DNA of 64,000 nucleotides from Candidatus Uhrbacteria bacterium (GTDB taxonomy: Bacteria; Patescibacteriota; Patescibacteriia; UBA9934), in NCBI GenBank assembly GCA_903848275.1, contig CAINGB010000001.1:1175-65174 (forward strand), written 5' to 3'. The notes below the pieces were generated by a model that saw only the letters and a program-made list of their open reading frames with translations, had not been told where the DNA came from and did no database searches. Positions within the stretch are counted from its first letter, which is position 1; each line of letters starts with the position of its first letter. The translations under genes and the position numbers were made by a program. Below, piece by piece: positions 49,318-57,442 of the stretch.

Positions 49318-49548
49318 GCTCTTGGCGGCGAAAGGGGGAAAGGTCGTGCCGCCGAAGAGCGGATTTTATGAATGGGTGTAATTTTCTATCATTGGAAACT
49401 GGCTATGATGCCGTGATGGTTATGGTGAGTTAAGAGGTTCGTGGTGGGTGCGATTCCACCGGATCTGCATTCGGAAATGGGCCTATTTCCCAATGTGACC
49501 TTGCGCCGCCCGAAGGCGATCTAGCGTGTCTAAACAGTAGCATGTCCC

Positions 49549-49568
49549 AATGCCTTAATCAAGGCATT
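49549..49568. promoter_or_regulatory. candidate operator palindrome AATGCCTT-aatc-AAGGCATT in the divergent control region
   Basis: Perfect 8-bp arms with 4-bp spacer; nearby direct repeats (ACAAAGTA x2, 49595..49611) and palindrome GAGACG-aaaa-CGTCTC (49724..49739). Confidence 0.35.
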
Positions 49569-49754
49569 AAATCGCTAAGGTTAGCAAAAAGTAGACAAAG
49601 TATACAAAGTAGAAAAAGTCGCCTTCGCCGTGTCGCCAAAGATAGCCAAGAAATCGTATTTTACTATATAGCGTATATTTCTTTACAGCTTTCAATAAGC
49701 ATGCTAGGGTGGTGAAAAGAGTGAGACGAAAACGTCTCATGTGGATAACTTTCT

Positions 49755-50420
49755 ATGCATCATTTCCAGGAAATTCTCATCGAGATGGCGCGGTACCACA
49801 AGCTTGACGGCCGCAGTTACCGTCAAATTGCTTGGGAAATACACGCGGAGCACGGTAGTCAGGTGAAGTATCACCTCGACCGCCTTCTTAAGGACGGCAT
49901 TGTGATCGAAAAGAAGGACGGAACCTTCGTTGTCGCCGAGGACGCAAAGCGAAAGCCCTTACCTAAGGCAGTGGCCTTCAAACGTATTCCGCTTCTCGGT
50001 GCGGCGAACTGCGGTGACGCCACTATGATCGCAGAAGATCGCGTCGAGCAGTTCCTTCCAGTTTCGAGTAGCATCATCGAGCGAGACGCTGGTAAGTGGT
50101 TCGCTCTCCGTGCCGTCGGAAATTCCATGAACGAGGCGAGAGTCGGCGGCCTGACAATCGAAGACGGTGACTATGTCTTGGTAGACACCAGCGACAAGCA
50201 GCCAAAGGACAAAGACATCGTCGTTTCAATCATCGACGGCCTCGCCAACATTAAGATGTTTTACAATGACCAAGCGAACAAACAAATCACCCTCATCTCT
50301 CGCTCAACCGAGGAGCATCCGCCGATTCTCATTCACAAGAAGGACGCGGGTATCTACCTCATCGCAGGTAAGGTGAAGCACGTAATCAAGAAGCCGAAGA
50401 TGAGCTGGTCACACTCGTAG
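49755..50420 (+). CDS. LexA-like repressor (winged HTH + S24 autopeptidase domain)
   Basis: S24 catalytic Ser in AVGNSM, Lys in ANIKMF; LexA-type wHTH N-terminus; 2-nt gap to the next gene. Confidence 0.8.
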   Translation: MHHFQEILIEMARYHKLDGRSYRQIAWEIHAEHGSQVKYHLDRLLKDGIVIEKKDGTFVVAEDAKRKPLPKAVAFKRIPLLGAANCGDATMIAEDRVEQFLPVSSSIIERDAGKWFALRAVGNSMNEARVGGLTIEDGDYVLVDTSDKQPKDKDIVVSIIDGLANIKMFYNDQANKQITLISRSTEEHPPILIHKKDAGIYLIAGKVKHVIKKPKMSWSHS

Positions 50421-50422
50421 CT

Positions 50423-51568
50423 ATGGAACAAACTAAGAAAAAATCTAGCCGCGGCAAATCAAGAAGCTACTCCAAGCCGATTGAACGCGCACTCTACGCA
50501 TTTGCAGCCGGACGTTGCGAGTTCAAAGGATGCAACAAGCCCCTGCTTGTTCATCACCTCTCGTTGAACGCGGGCAACTTTGCCGAGAAGGCACACATCC
50601 GCCCCTTTAGTCCGGATGGTCCACGAGGTACGGGATCATCAAAAGATCGGTCTGACATTAATGGCGTAAGCAATTTGATGTTGCTCTGCGGTGGTTGCCA
50701 CGAGGAAATCGATGGCCGCCCCGACGAATATCCGATTGACCTGCTCAAGAAACATAAGAAGGAGCATGAGGATCGTGTGTCGATGGTAACCAGCCTCGGG
50801 TCTGAGTGCCGAACAAAAGTCATCGTGCTCAAAGCGAATATCGCTGGCCAGCCGACGTCAGCCTCGGACGAAGATGTCTACAGGGCACTGTTTCCTAACC
50901 GTTGGGCAACAAAGAAGCCCGTGGATGTCATCGACCTAACGGGTGTACTCGACCGTGCAAATGGTTACAGCACTTTTTCAGAAACTATCGCCGATCATGT
51001 GCGTGGGTTTTATAGCGAAATACCGGATCACGTCTCGGTGTTTGCTATTGGACCAATGCCCCTGCTCATGGATCTTGGCTCCCGGCTCAGCAATAAGATT
51101 CCTACCGATTTCTTCCAACTTCATCGAGATACGAAAAGTTGGGAATGGAAAAAGGAGGGTGGCGCTACGCGCTATGTCACCAGTAAGGCTCGTCAGGGTA
51201 CCGACCCCGCAAAAGTAGCTCTTGTTGTTTCACTCAGCGGGACAATAGATATCGCTGCACTTTCGCTCGACGACAAGTACAGCGTCTATCTACTAACGTT
51301 AGACGGCGCCATACCGAACCCGGGGTTTCTGCAAACGCAGAAAGACCATGATGGATTCCGGGAGGAATACAGACGGTGCATCGCTCAAATCGCATCCGAG
51401 AATCCTACCGTTAAAGAAATCCACTTCTTTCCCGCAATGCCGGCTCCAATCGCTGTAACGTGCGGCTATGATCTTCTCCCGAAGGCGCATCCCGCGCTCA
51501 TCATTCATGACTACGACAAGGCTCTCGGAGGCTTTCGCGAGGTTCATAAAATTAATTTTTCCGTATGA
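50423..51568 (+). CDS. HNH endonuclease–SAVED domain effector (Cap5-like)
   Basis: HNH CEFKGCNKPL...H...NLMLLCGGCHEEID; C-terminal duplicated CARF-like halves (FAIGPMPLLMDLGSRL, FFPAMPAPIAVTCGYDL). Confidence 0.65.
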   Translation: MEQTKKKSSRGKSRSYSKPIERALYAFAAGRCEFKGCNKPLLVHHLSLNAGNFAEKAHIRPFSPDGPRGTGSSKDRSDINGVSNLMLLCGGCHEEIDGRPDEYPIDLLKKHKKEHEDRVSMVTSLGSECRTKVIVLKANIAGQPTSASDEDVYRALFPNRWATKKPVDVIDLTGVLDRANGYSTFSETIADHVRGFYSEIPDHVSVFAIGPMPLLMDLGSRLSNKIPTDFFQLHRDTKSWEWKKEGGATRYVTSKARQGTDPAKVALVVSLSGTIDIAALSLDDKYSVYLLTLDGAIPNPGFLQTQKDHDGFREEYRRCIAQIASENPTVKEIHFFPAMPAPIAVTCGYDLLPKAHPALIIHDYDKALGGFREVHKINFSV

Positions 51569-52452
51569 CGTCACATGCTTATCTTTTGAAAGTCCTCGAA
51601 TCTCAACGTATTGTTCCGGGCAGCGCAGAACTGAATGCATTAACAACGGCACAAAAAGAGGTTGAGGAAATCATTCGCGCGTCGTTTAAAGACTCGAACC
51701 CTGTCATTTGTCCTGGCGGATCACTCGCGAAAGGCACCATGATAAAGGAATCCTACGACCTCGACATCATTTGTTATTTCCCCAAATCGGATGATGAACC
51801 CGGCGATACGCTCAAGGAAATTTACGAAAGCGTCGCTACAGCTCTGTCGGATAAGTATACGGTTCGTCGCAAGCGTTCAGCACTCCGTTTGTTCGATAAG
51901 GACACCGACACAAACGACTTCCATATTGATGTCGTACCGGGTCGTTACGTGGACGGAACGCAGGGAGACTGCTTCATTCATCAGCACGAAGGCGACAAGG
52001 TATATCTCAAGACGAACCTGCAGAAACACATCACCCACATCCGTAATAGTGGTGTCACAGACGCCATTTCGTTATTGAAGTTATGGAAAGTCCGCAATAG
52101 CATCCCTGTGAAGACCTTTGTTCTGGAGCTTCTGGTAGTTGAGGCATTGAAGGATCACAAAAACGACACGTTAAACGGACAACTCGAGCACGTGTTTTCT
52201 TTGTTGAGAGACCAGGAAATCGCTACCGTCACAGATCCGGCGAATGCGTCGAATGATCTATCGGACAGGTTTGATTCGAGCATGCGCTCTCGGCTGGCCA
52301 CAGAGGCAAAGAAAACACTAGAGGCTATTAATAACAAGGGATGGGAATCGGTTTATGGTGCCGTGTCGTCAGATGATGGCGCGAAGAAGATCGGTATCTT
52401 GTCGCGAGCAGCAAAGTCAGATGAAAGCTTTACTCGCCCTTGGCACTCATAA
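51565..52452 (+). CDS. cGAS/DncV-like nucleotidyltransferase (CD-NTase / SMODS)
   Basis: Pol-beta-type motifs GGSLAKGTMIKESYDLDII and DFHIDVVPG; ATGA overlap with upstream gene. Confidence 0.65.
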   Translation: MTSHAYLLKVLESQRIVPGSAELNALTTAQKEVEEIIRASFKDSNPVICPGGSLAKGTMIKESYDLDIICYFPKSDDEPGDTLKEIYESVATALSDKYTVRRKRSALRLFDKDTDTNDFHIDVVPGRYVDGTQGDCFIHQHEGDKVYLKTNLQKHITHIRNSGVTDAISLLKLWKVRNSIPVKTFVLELLVVEALKDHKNDTLNGQLEHVFSLLRDQEIATVTDPANASNDLSDRFDSSMRSRLATEAKKTLEAINNKGWESVYGAVSSDDGAKKIGILSRAAKSDESFTRPWHS

Positions 52453-53216
52453 ACATGATAAGCCTGGGCGAAGTACAAAACGAGGTCTCATTAACGCAGC
52501 CGTATCTGGCAATCTCGGAAGAACCCGACGGTTTTGTTATGCGCGGCATTTTTTTGATAGCCATCGATGGCGAATTAGCTGACGAATATCGCGTGGAAAT
52601 TATTGTCTCGAGAGAATTTCCTGAGAACATGCCAGTCATTCGAGAGATTGGCGGTCGAATTTTTCGGTCTGCCGCTCATCATGTCGAAGACAGTGGTATC
52701 GCATGTTTGTTGACGCCAGAGGAATATCACTGGAAGTGGAAAACGAAAGAGAATTTTTCCTTGGCTATGTACCTTGATGGCCCAGTTCGTCATTTCTTTA
52801 TCGGTCAATCTCTCGTTGAGCTTGGACAACCCTGGCCTGCGGGAGAACGTGGCCATGGTGTTGGCGGTTTGTTTGAATGGTATAAAGAAGTCCTTGCCAT
52901 TACTGATGATGGCGCCATTATTCGCTCCATTGAAGCACTGCGTCGACATGTTAAGGGGCATCATTCGTGTCCGTGTGGGTCAATGGTTCCTGTCAGACGT
53001 TGTCATTCCTCCATTCTGCGGATTCGGAACGCGATTCCTCCTAACGTCATTCAATCAACGTACGACAACTATATGCGCGAACGAACATCGGCAATCAGCG
53101 CATTTAAAAAGCTACATCTCGCGACACGAAAAAGACAACTTCCATTTTCTCCGCCCATTTACGTCGAGACAGACTATCGACTCTGGCCATCACCACAAGC
53201 AATTTTACAATTCTAG
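52440..53216 (+). CDS. E2-like (UBC-fold) protein, putative CBASS Cap2-type ancillary
   Basis: UBC-like core: beta strands then AAHHVEDSGIACLLTPEEY (HPN-like motif + Cys); C-terminal CPCGS...C cluster. Confidence 0.45.
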   Translation: MALINMISLGEVQNEVSLTQPYLAISEEPDGFVMRGIFLIAIDGELADEYRVEIIVSREFPENMPVIREIGGRIFRSAAHHVEDSGIACLLTPEEYHWKWKTKENFSLAMYLDGPVRHFFIGQSLVELGQPWPAGERGHGVGGLFEWYKEVLAITDDGAIIRSIEALRRHVKGHHSCPCGSMVPVRRCHSSILRIRNAIPPNVIQSTYDNYMRERTSAISAFKKLHLATRKRQLPFSPPIYVETDYRLWPSPQAILQF

Positions 53217-53708
53217 ATTCTCCTCCTTCAAAAATACGAAGTACCAGTGATGTTCACCATTACGAATCTCACGCGCTTTTAGCTCACCATTTCGCACCTT
53301 CTTTCCGATCGTCATGCGATGCCAACCGAATCTTTCCGTTAGCTCTTCTGACGAATACCAACTCTTACGGTCGGTGCACACGGAGCCGGGAATCACTCCA
53401 CTCTCGACCGCCCGTTGGCAAGGCATACACTTTACGTTGTATTGGTCGTACCAGCCTTGATCGCCACTGATCGTCTGGTGGCAAATCGCACAGTTGTATG
53501 TCTCATTTGATGGAAGTGCGAAGCCATTCGGCTCACCGACGAGCCGCTGCCTACATCGTTCGTAATGCTCCTCAATCCGCCCGAATGTCAGCATCAACTT
53601 GATCAAGTTTTCCGAGTATTCCAAGGCCTGATTATCGGTTAAATCCTCACCATACTCCTTCTTCCAAAACTCCTTACATAGGCGGATCTGTTCGTCTTTT
53701 GTGCGCAT
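53205..53708 (-). CDS. Cys-rich zinc-ribbon + excisionase-type HTH (HTH_17/AlpA-like) protein
   Basis: CAICHQ...CMPCQ; C-terminal WYSSEELTERFGWHRMTIGKKVRNGELKAREI. Confidence 0.4.
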   Translation of the reverse strand: MRTKDEQIRLCKEFWKKEYGEDLTDNQALEYSENLIKLMLTFGRIEEHYERCRQRLVGEPNGFALPSNETYNCAICHQTISGDQGWYDQYNVKCMPCQRAVESGVIPGSVCTDRKSWYSSEELTERFGWHRMTIGKKVRNGELKAREIRNGEHHWYFVFLKEENLEL

Positions 53709-53870
53709 AGAAATATGCTTAAAACTCCCTTGAAATCATCGTATTCCTATTTTGAGACACAGGCCATTCTCGTGTCTCATTTGTCTCATTTCGCATGACC
53801 GGAGTCCCTGTGGCCTGGTCGCCCTAATCTTCGTAAACCCCCTTGAATACCGAGTTCAGTACCGGAGTGT

Positions 53871-53904
53871 CCTGCCACGTCGGTCGCGACCGACGTGGCC
53901 TGCC
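53871..53904. repeat. GC-rich perfect palindrome element (copy 2 of 2)
   Basis: 34-nt identity with 7951..7983. Confidence 0.8.
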
Positions 53905-54069
53905 ACTAACGTATCAGATCGCACCGAGCGGTCTGCCACGCTACGTATCAGGTTCCCTAAATGGCGCCTATCACGTTCCTGTAGCAAGCCACGTCCAAGT
54001 CGTACCAAAGTGACAACACACAAGCGCCATCAGGCGTTTTTGTGTTTTATGGGTTATACTATCGACAGT

Positions 54070-54336
54070 ATGTGGTATTTCTATATTCTCCAAAGCCTCA
54101 CCAAACCAGACTATTTCTACAAAGGCTCCACGAGTAATTTAGAAAAACGCCTAGCCGAACATAATCTCGGTAAAACTATCTCTAATAAACCATACCTCCC
54201 ACTTCATATCGTCTACTACGAAGCCTACACAACCGAAAAAGCCGCCGGACTACGCGAATCTGCAGTAAAACAAAGTGGCTCAATTTCAGTACCATTATTA
54301 AGACGCATTAAGGAAAGTTTAAAAACAGGCAATTAA
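54070..54336 (+). CDS. GIY-YIG nuclease-domain small protein (second copy in window)
   Basis: MWYFYILQSLTKPDYFYKGSTSNLEKRLAEHN; start chosen at internal Met of ORF 53752..54336. Confidence 0.7.
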   Translation: MWYFYILQSLTKPDYFYKGSTSNLEKRLAEHNLGKTISNKPYLPLHIVYYEAYTTEKAAGLRESAVKQSGSISVPLLRRIKESLKTGN

Positions 54337-54337
54337 T

Positions 54338-55198
54338 ATGAAAGAACAAAAATTCAATACCGGCTCGTTGCAGCTAAATTACGTCGAAACAGCCACTGAC
54401 GGCATACCGTTGCTTCTCTTACACGGTGGCTCTTCAAGATGGCAGACTTTTAGTTCAGTTATTTCAGATCTAGAGAAATACGCCCACGTTTACGCCTTAG
54501 ATTTACGAGGGCATGGCCAATCAGACAGAGGCGATGACTACAAGATTCAAAGCTATGCCGAGGATGTCGCTGCATTCATAGCCAAACATATTCAAAAACC
54601 AACTGTTGTTTTCGGCCATTCCCTTGGTGGCATGGTCGGCATTATGTTGGCTGCTAGTCACCCCTCCTTAGTTAGTGGCTTAATCATTGGCGACTCACCG
54701 TTCAATTCAGATGTCTTGAAATCAGGTGACAATGCGTACGTAAAAAGATGGCAAGAGATGATTGAACAGGGAATGTCAGCAGAAGAAATCACCGAAGAAT
54801 TAAAAAACAGAAAAATTTACGTTCCTGAAAAGAAGCAAACGATCACAGCCCGCGAGTTTTATGGCGAAAATGATCCTTATTTCGCATCAATGGGCATTAG
54901 TTTGAGCCAAAACGATCCCGTCATGCTAGAGACTGTGACCAATAAAGTTGATGAAAGTTTCGCTGACTATAAAATCGAAGTATTATTTCCCAAAATCCAA
55001 TGCCCAGTTCTCGTACTCCAAGGTGACCCCGAGCACGGCGGCATGATCAAAGATAAAGATATTACCAAAGCTGAAACTTTGCTATCGAACGTGAAATGCT
55101 ACAAATGTAAAAACATTGGCCACGGTCTATATCTAGAAGACAAAGAACAAGTAGTCACTCAGATTATTTCCTTTTTGGAAGAACAGAAGAATCAATAA
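54338..55198 (+). CDS. alpha/beta hydrolase fold protein
   Basis: Nucleophile elbow GHSLGG; HGGSS oxyanion region. Confidence 0.75.
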   Translation: MKEQKFNTGSLQLNYVETATDGIPLLLLHGGSSRWQTFSSVISDLEKYAHVYALDLRGHGQSDRGDDYKIQSYAEDVAAFIAKHIQKPTVVFGHSLGGMVGIMLAASHPSLVSGLIIGDSPFNSDVLKSGDNAYVKRWQEMIEQGMSAEEITEELKNRKIYVPEKKQTITAREFYGENDPYFASMGISLSQNDPVMLETVTNKVDESFADYKIEVLFPKIQCPVLVLQGDPEHGGMIKDKDITKAETLLSNVKCYKCKNIGHGLYLEDKEQVVTQIISFLEEQKNQ

Positions 55199-55202
55199 AT
55201 AG

Positions 55203-55232
55203 GAAATCCTGCTATTACAGCAGGATTTTTTG
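55203..55232 (+). terminator. rho-independent terminator of the hydrolase gene
   Basis: GAAATCCTGCT-ATTAC-AGCAGGATTTTTTT. Confidence 0.7.
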
Positions 55233-55285
55233 TTCGCTAAATCAACTATTTTGCACAATTTCCTTTTTATGATACATTCTCCCCG

Positions 55286-55490
55286 GTGACTGCGAGGGGT
55301 AGCACAAAGAAACTGACAGGGCTTCGGCCAAGTCGGCGTGCTACAAGATGCGATGGTGCCAAATTCATGCCATCACTTCTACCCGAAGGGACGAATCACG
55401 ATTTTTGGATCTTGATATCTGTAGACAAGTGGTCACCACCTCTCCCTGACACCCAGAAGGCTTCGGCTAACTGGGTGTCTAATTTTTTTT
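55286..55490 (+). ncRNA. candidate small RNA of about 205 nt (own promoter and terminator), identity unknown
   Basis: -35 TTGCAC (55251), 17-bp spacer, extended -10 TGATACATT; ends in hairpin GACACCCAG-N14-CTGGGTGTC + T8 (55448..55490); two UUCG loops; only a GTG-start 69-aa ORF inside. Confidence 0.3.
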
Positions 55491-55498
55491 ACTAGGCA

Positions 55499-56506
55499 CT
55501 AACCTCTCCCCAAAAACTCCACTAACGCCACCTCATGTTTGCGCAGATGAGGAAACTTTTTCATCGAACTCAACTTCGGTTCTCGCCAGCTAAATCTCTG
55601 CTCAATATAACAAGTAATAACATCCGGGTGAATATAACTCCGTCTACACACCGCGCTCGTATTGCCGAGCGCCTCCGCCGCCTTACTTATAGCCTCTTTT
55701 ATATTTCGTTGTAATTCTTTTTTATTTCCCGGCGTCGACGTTTTCCACAAATGCTCCGCCACAATCACGGTGCCGTGCCACGTCCGGAAGTCCTTGGCCG
55801 TCACCTCCCTTTTGGCTATCTCTTGCAAATACTCGTTCACGTCCGTGGATTTGATGTCATGCACGGCGTCATTATCATCCACATACTCAAACAACTCATG
55901 CCCAGGAATATCCTGGCACGCCGCCACCACTTGCCGTAATCGTGCATCATGCAGCGGCACTTCATGCACAATTCCCTCCTTGCCCTTAAAAACGAGCCTC
56001 ATTTTCTCACCCGTCCCTTTAACGTGCCTATTCTCCAGCGTCGTCAAACCATAAGTCCCATTCTCTTCCGCATACTCATCGTTACCAATCCTCACATATT
56101 CATCATCGAGTAGCTTCACAATCGCCGCCAACACTTTTTCCTTATTCATTTCAGCCGACGCAAAATCCCGCGCCACAATCCGCCGTATCGGTGACAACGA
56201 CTTGGCAAAATCCACCAGTCGATGAAACTTCTTCTCATCCTGCTTAGCCGTCCAGTCAACATGATAAATATATTGTTTGCGGCCTTTACTATCACATCCC
56301 GTCGCTTGCAAATGTCCATTCGGCAACGCACAAATCCAAACATCTGTATACGCCGGCGGAATCGCCAACGCCTTAATTCTCGCCAGTGTTTCCCTGTCTT
56401 TCACCTTTTTCCCAGCCGCATCCACATACCAAAAAAACCCCAACCTCTTCCGTCGAGTAATCCCTGGCTGCTCATCGGTCACATAAATAAGCTTCATCAA
56501 GCCCAT
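55499..56506 (-). CDS. DNA topoisomerase IB (bacterial/poxvirus type)
   Basis: Motif TAKDFRTWHGT; active-site Tyr region SAVCRRSYIHP; 335 aa. Confidence 0.8.
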   Translation of the reverse strand: MGLMKLIYVTDEQPGITRRKRLGFFWYVDAAGKKVKDRETLARIKALAIPPAYTDVWICALPNGHLQATGCDSKGRKQYIYHVDWTAKQDEKKFHRLVDFAKSLSPIRRIVARDFASAEMNKEKVLAAIVKLLDDEYVRIGNDEYAEENGTYGLTTLENRHVKGTGEKMRLVFKGKEGIVHEVPLHDARLRQVVAACQDIPGHELFEYVDDNDAVHDIKSTDVNEYLQEIAKREVTAKDFRTWHGTVIVAEHLWKTSTPGNKKELQRNIKEAISKAAEALGNTSAVCRRSYIHPDVITCYIEQRFSWREPKLSSMKKFPHLRKHEVALVEFLGRG

Positions 56507-56546
56507 TATATCATGTTATACTTTCTCTAGTTTTAATCTACTGAAT

Positions 56547-56990
56547 ATGTTCGGACTCAAACGCTCCGCTGTCAAAATTAAAGCCTGGCTCAGTCACCGT
56601 CCAATACTCTATGCTTTAATCGGCGGTATCGGCGTTGTCCTCTTTTGGCGCGGCGTCTGGCACACCGTGGATTACCTCATGCTGCTCACTCAACATTCTA
56701 TCGCCCACACTTCTATCGACTTAACCACCAATCTCTGGTGGGACGGTCCGTTATCACTCGTTGTCGGATCTTTCATCCTCCTCAGTACCAGCGCCTTTGT
56801 CTTCAGCCTCATTGGTAACGAAATAATTATCTCTGGCTTACAAGCTGAAAAACGTCAACTTGCTAAAACCGGCAGCATCATGCACAGCGAATCACAGGAA
56901 ATAGATGAGCTCCGCCAGGCTTTTGCTAATATTTCATCCAAGCTCGAACATCTGGAGCGTGATGTCAACAAGAGCAATAACAAAAAATAA
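56547..56990 (+). CDS. membrane protein with C-terminal coiled coil
   Basis: 2–3 TM then charged helical tail. Confidence 0.4.
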   Translation: MFGLKRSAVKIKAWLSHRPILYALIGGIGVVLFWRGVWHTVDYLMLLTQHSIAHTSIDLTTNLWWDGPLSLVVGSFILLSTSAFVFSLIGNEIIISGLQAEKRQLAKTGSIMHSESQEIDELRQAFANISSKLEHLERDVNKSNNKK

Positions 56991-56991
56991 T

Positions 56992-57396
56992 ATGACTCAT
57001 ATCCCCTCCTTCCACACTAACATCATCCAAGCTGTCACTACTAACGAATATTTCAGGCGCGTGCTTTTTACCGGGGCAAAATCACAACTCGTTGTCATGA
57101 ACATTCCCCCGGGCGGTGAAGTCGGCCAAGAAACTCACCAGCACGTCGAGCAAACACTGTACTTCGAATCTGGTACCGGTCAGGCTATTCTCGACGGCCT
57201 ATCAACACCTATCGTGCCTGGCGACGTCGTGGTTGTTACCCCTGGCACGCAACATAACTTTCTTAATACCGGCACAACTCCACTCAAAATTTTCACCACC
57301 TATTCACCACCAAATCACCTCGACGGTCGCATTCAAGCCACTAAAGCCGACGCCGACGCGGACCGAGCCGACGAAAACTTCGGCGAGGCTCAGTAA
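56992..57396 (+). CDS. cupin-domain protein
   Basis: Cupin motifs GGEVGQETHQHVEQTLY and PGTQHNFLNTG; start at MTHIPSF just after the previous stop. Confidence 0.65.
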   Translation: MTHIPSFHTNIIQAVTTNEYFRRVLFTGAKSQLVVMNIPPGGEVGQETHQHVEQTLYFESGTGQAILDGLSTPIVPGDVVVVTPGTQHNFLNTGTTPLKIFTTYSPPNHLDGRIQATKADADADRADENFGEAQ

Positions 57397-57442
57397 AAAA
57401 TATGGTACACTTAAGGTAGTTAATTTTATTTCTACCTTGAGT

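Larger units (their letters stand above)
39193..53750. mobile_element. putative integrative element / prophage remnant (serine recombinase at the left end, excisionase-like gene at the right end) carrying defence cargo
   Basis: Recombinase, terminase small and large subunits, phage-type MTases, repressor, excisionase-like HTH; GC visibly higher than the backbone; no capsid or tail genes. Confidence 0.45.

Noticed and set aside
49436-49480. tRNA-like T-arm fragment GGTGGGTGCGATTCCACC
   Set aside because: No acceptor, D or anticodon arms can be built around it; 8-nt loop. Possibly an att remnant but not a tRNA gene.
53752-54069. N-terminal 106 codons of ORF 53752..54336
   Set aside because: Runs through the GC palindrome element and has Arg/Ser-rich nonsense composition. 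The GIY-YIG domain begins at the internal Met (54070), matching the start of the other GIY-YIG gene.
55286-55495. 69-aa GTG-start ORF as a protein-coding gene
   Set aside because: No RBS-like context, atypical composition, and the region has its own promoter and terminator with stable hairpins; treated as a candidate sRNA instead. Still uncertain.
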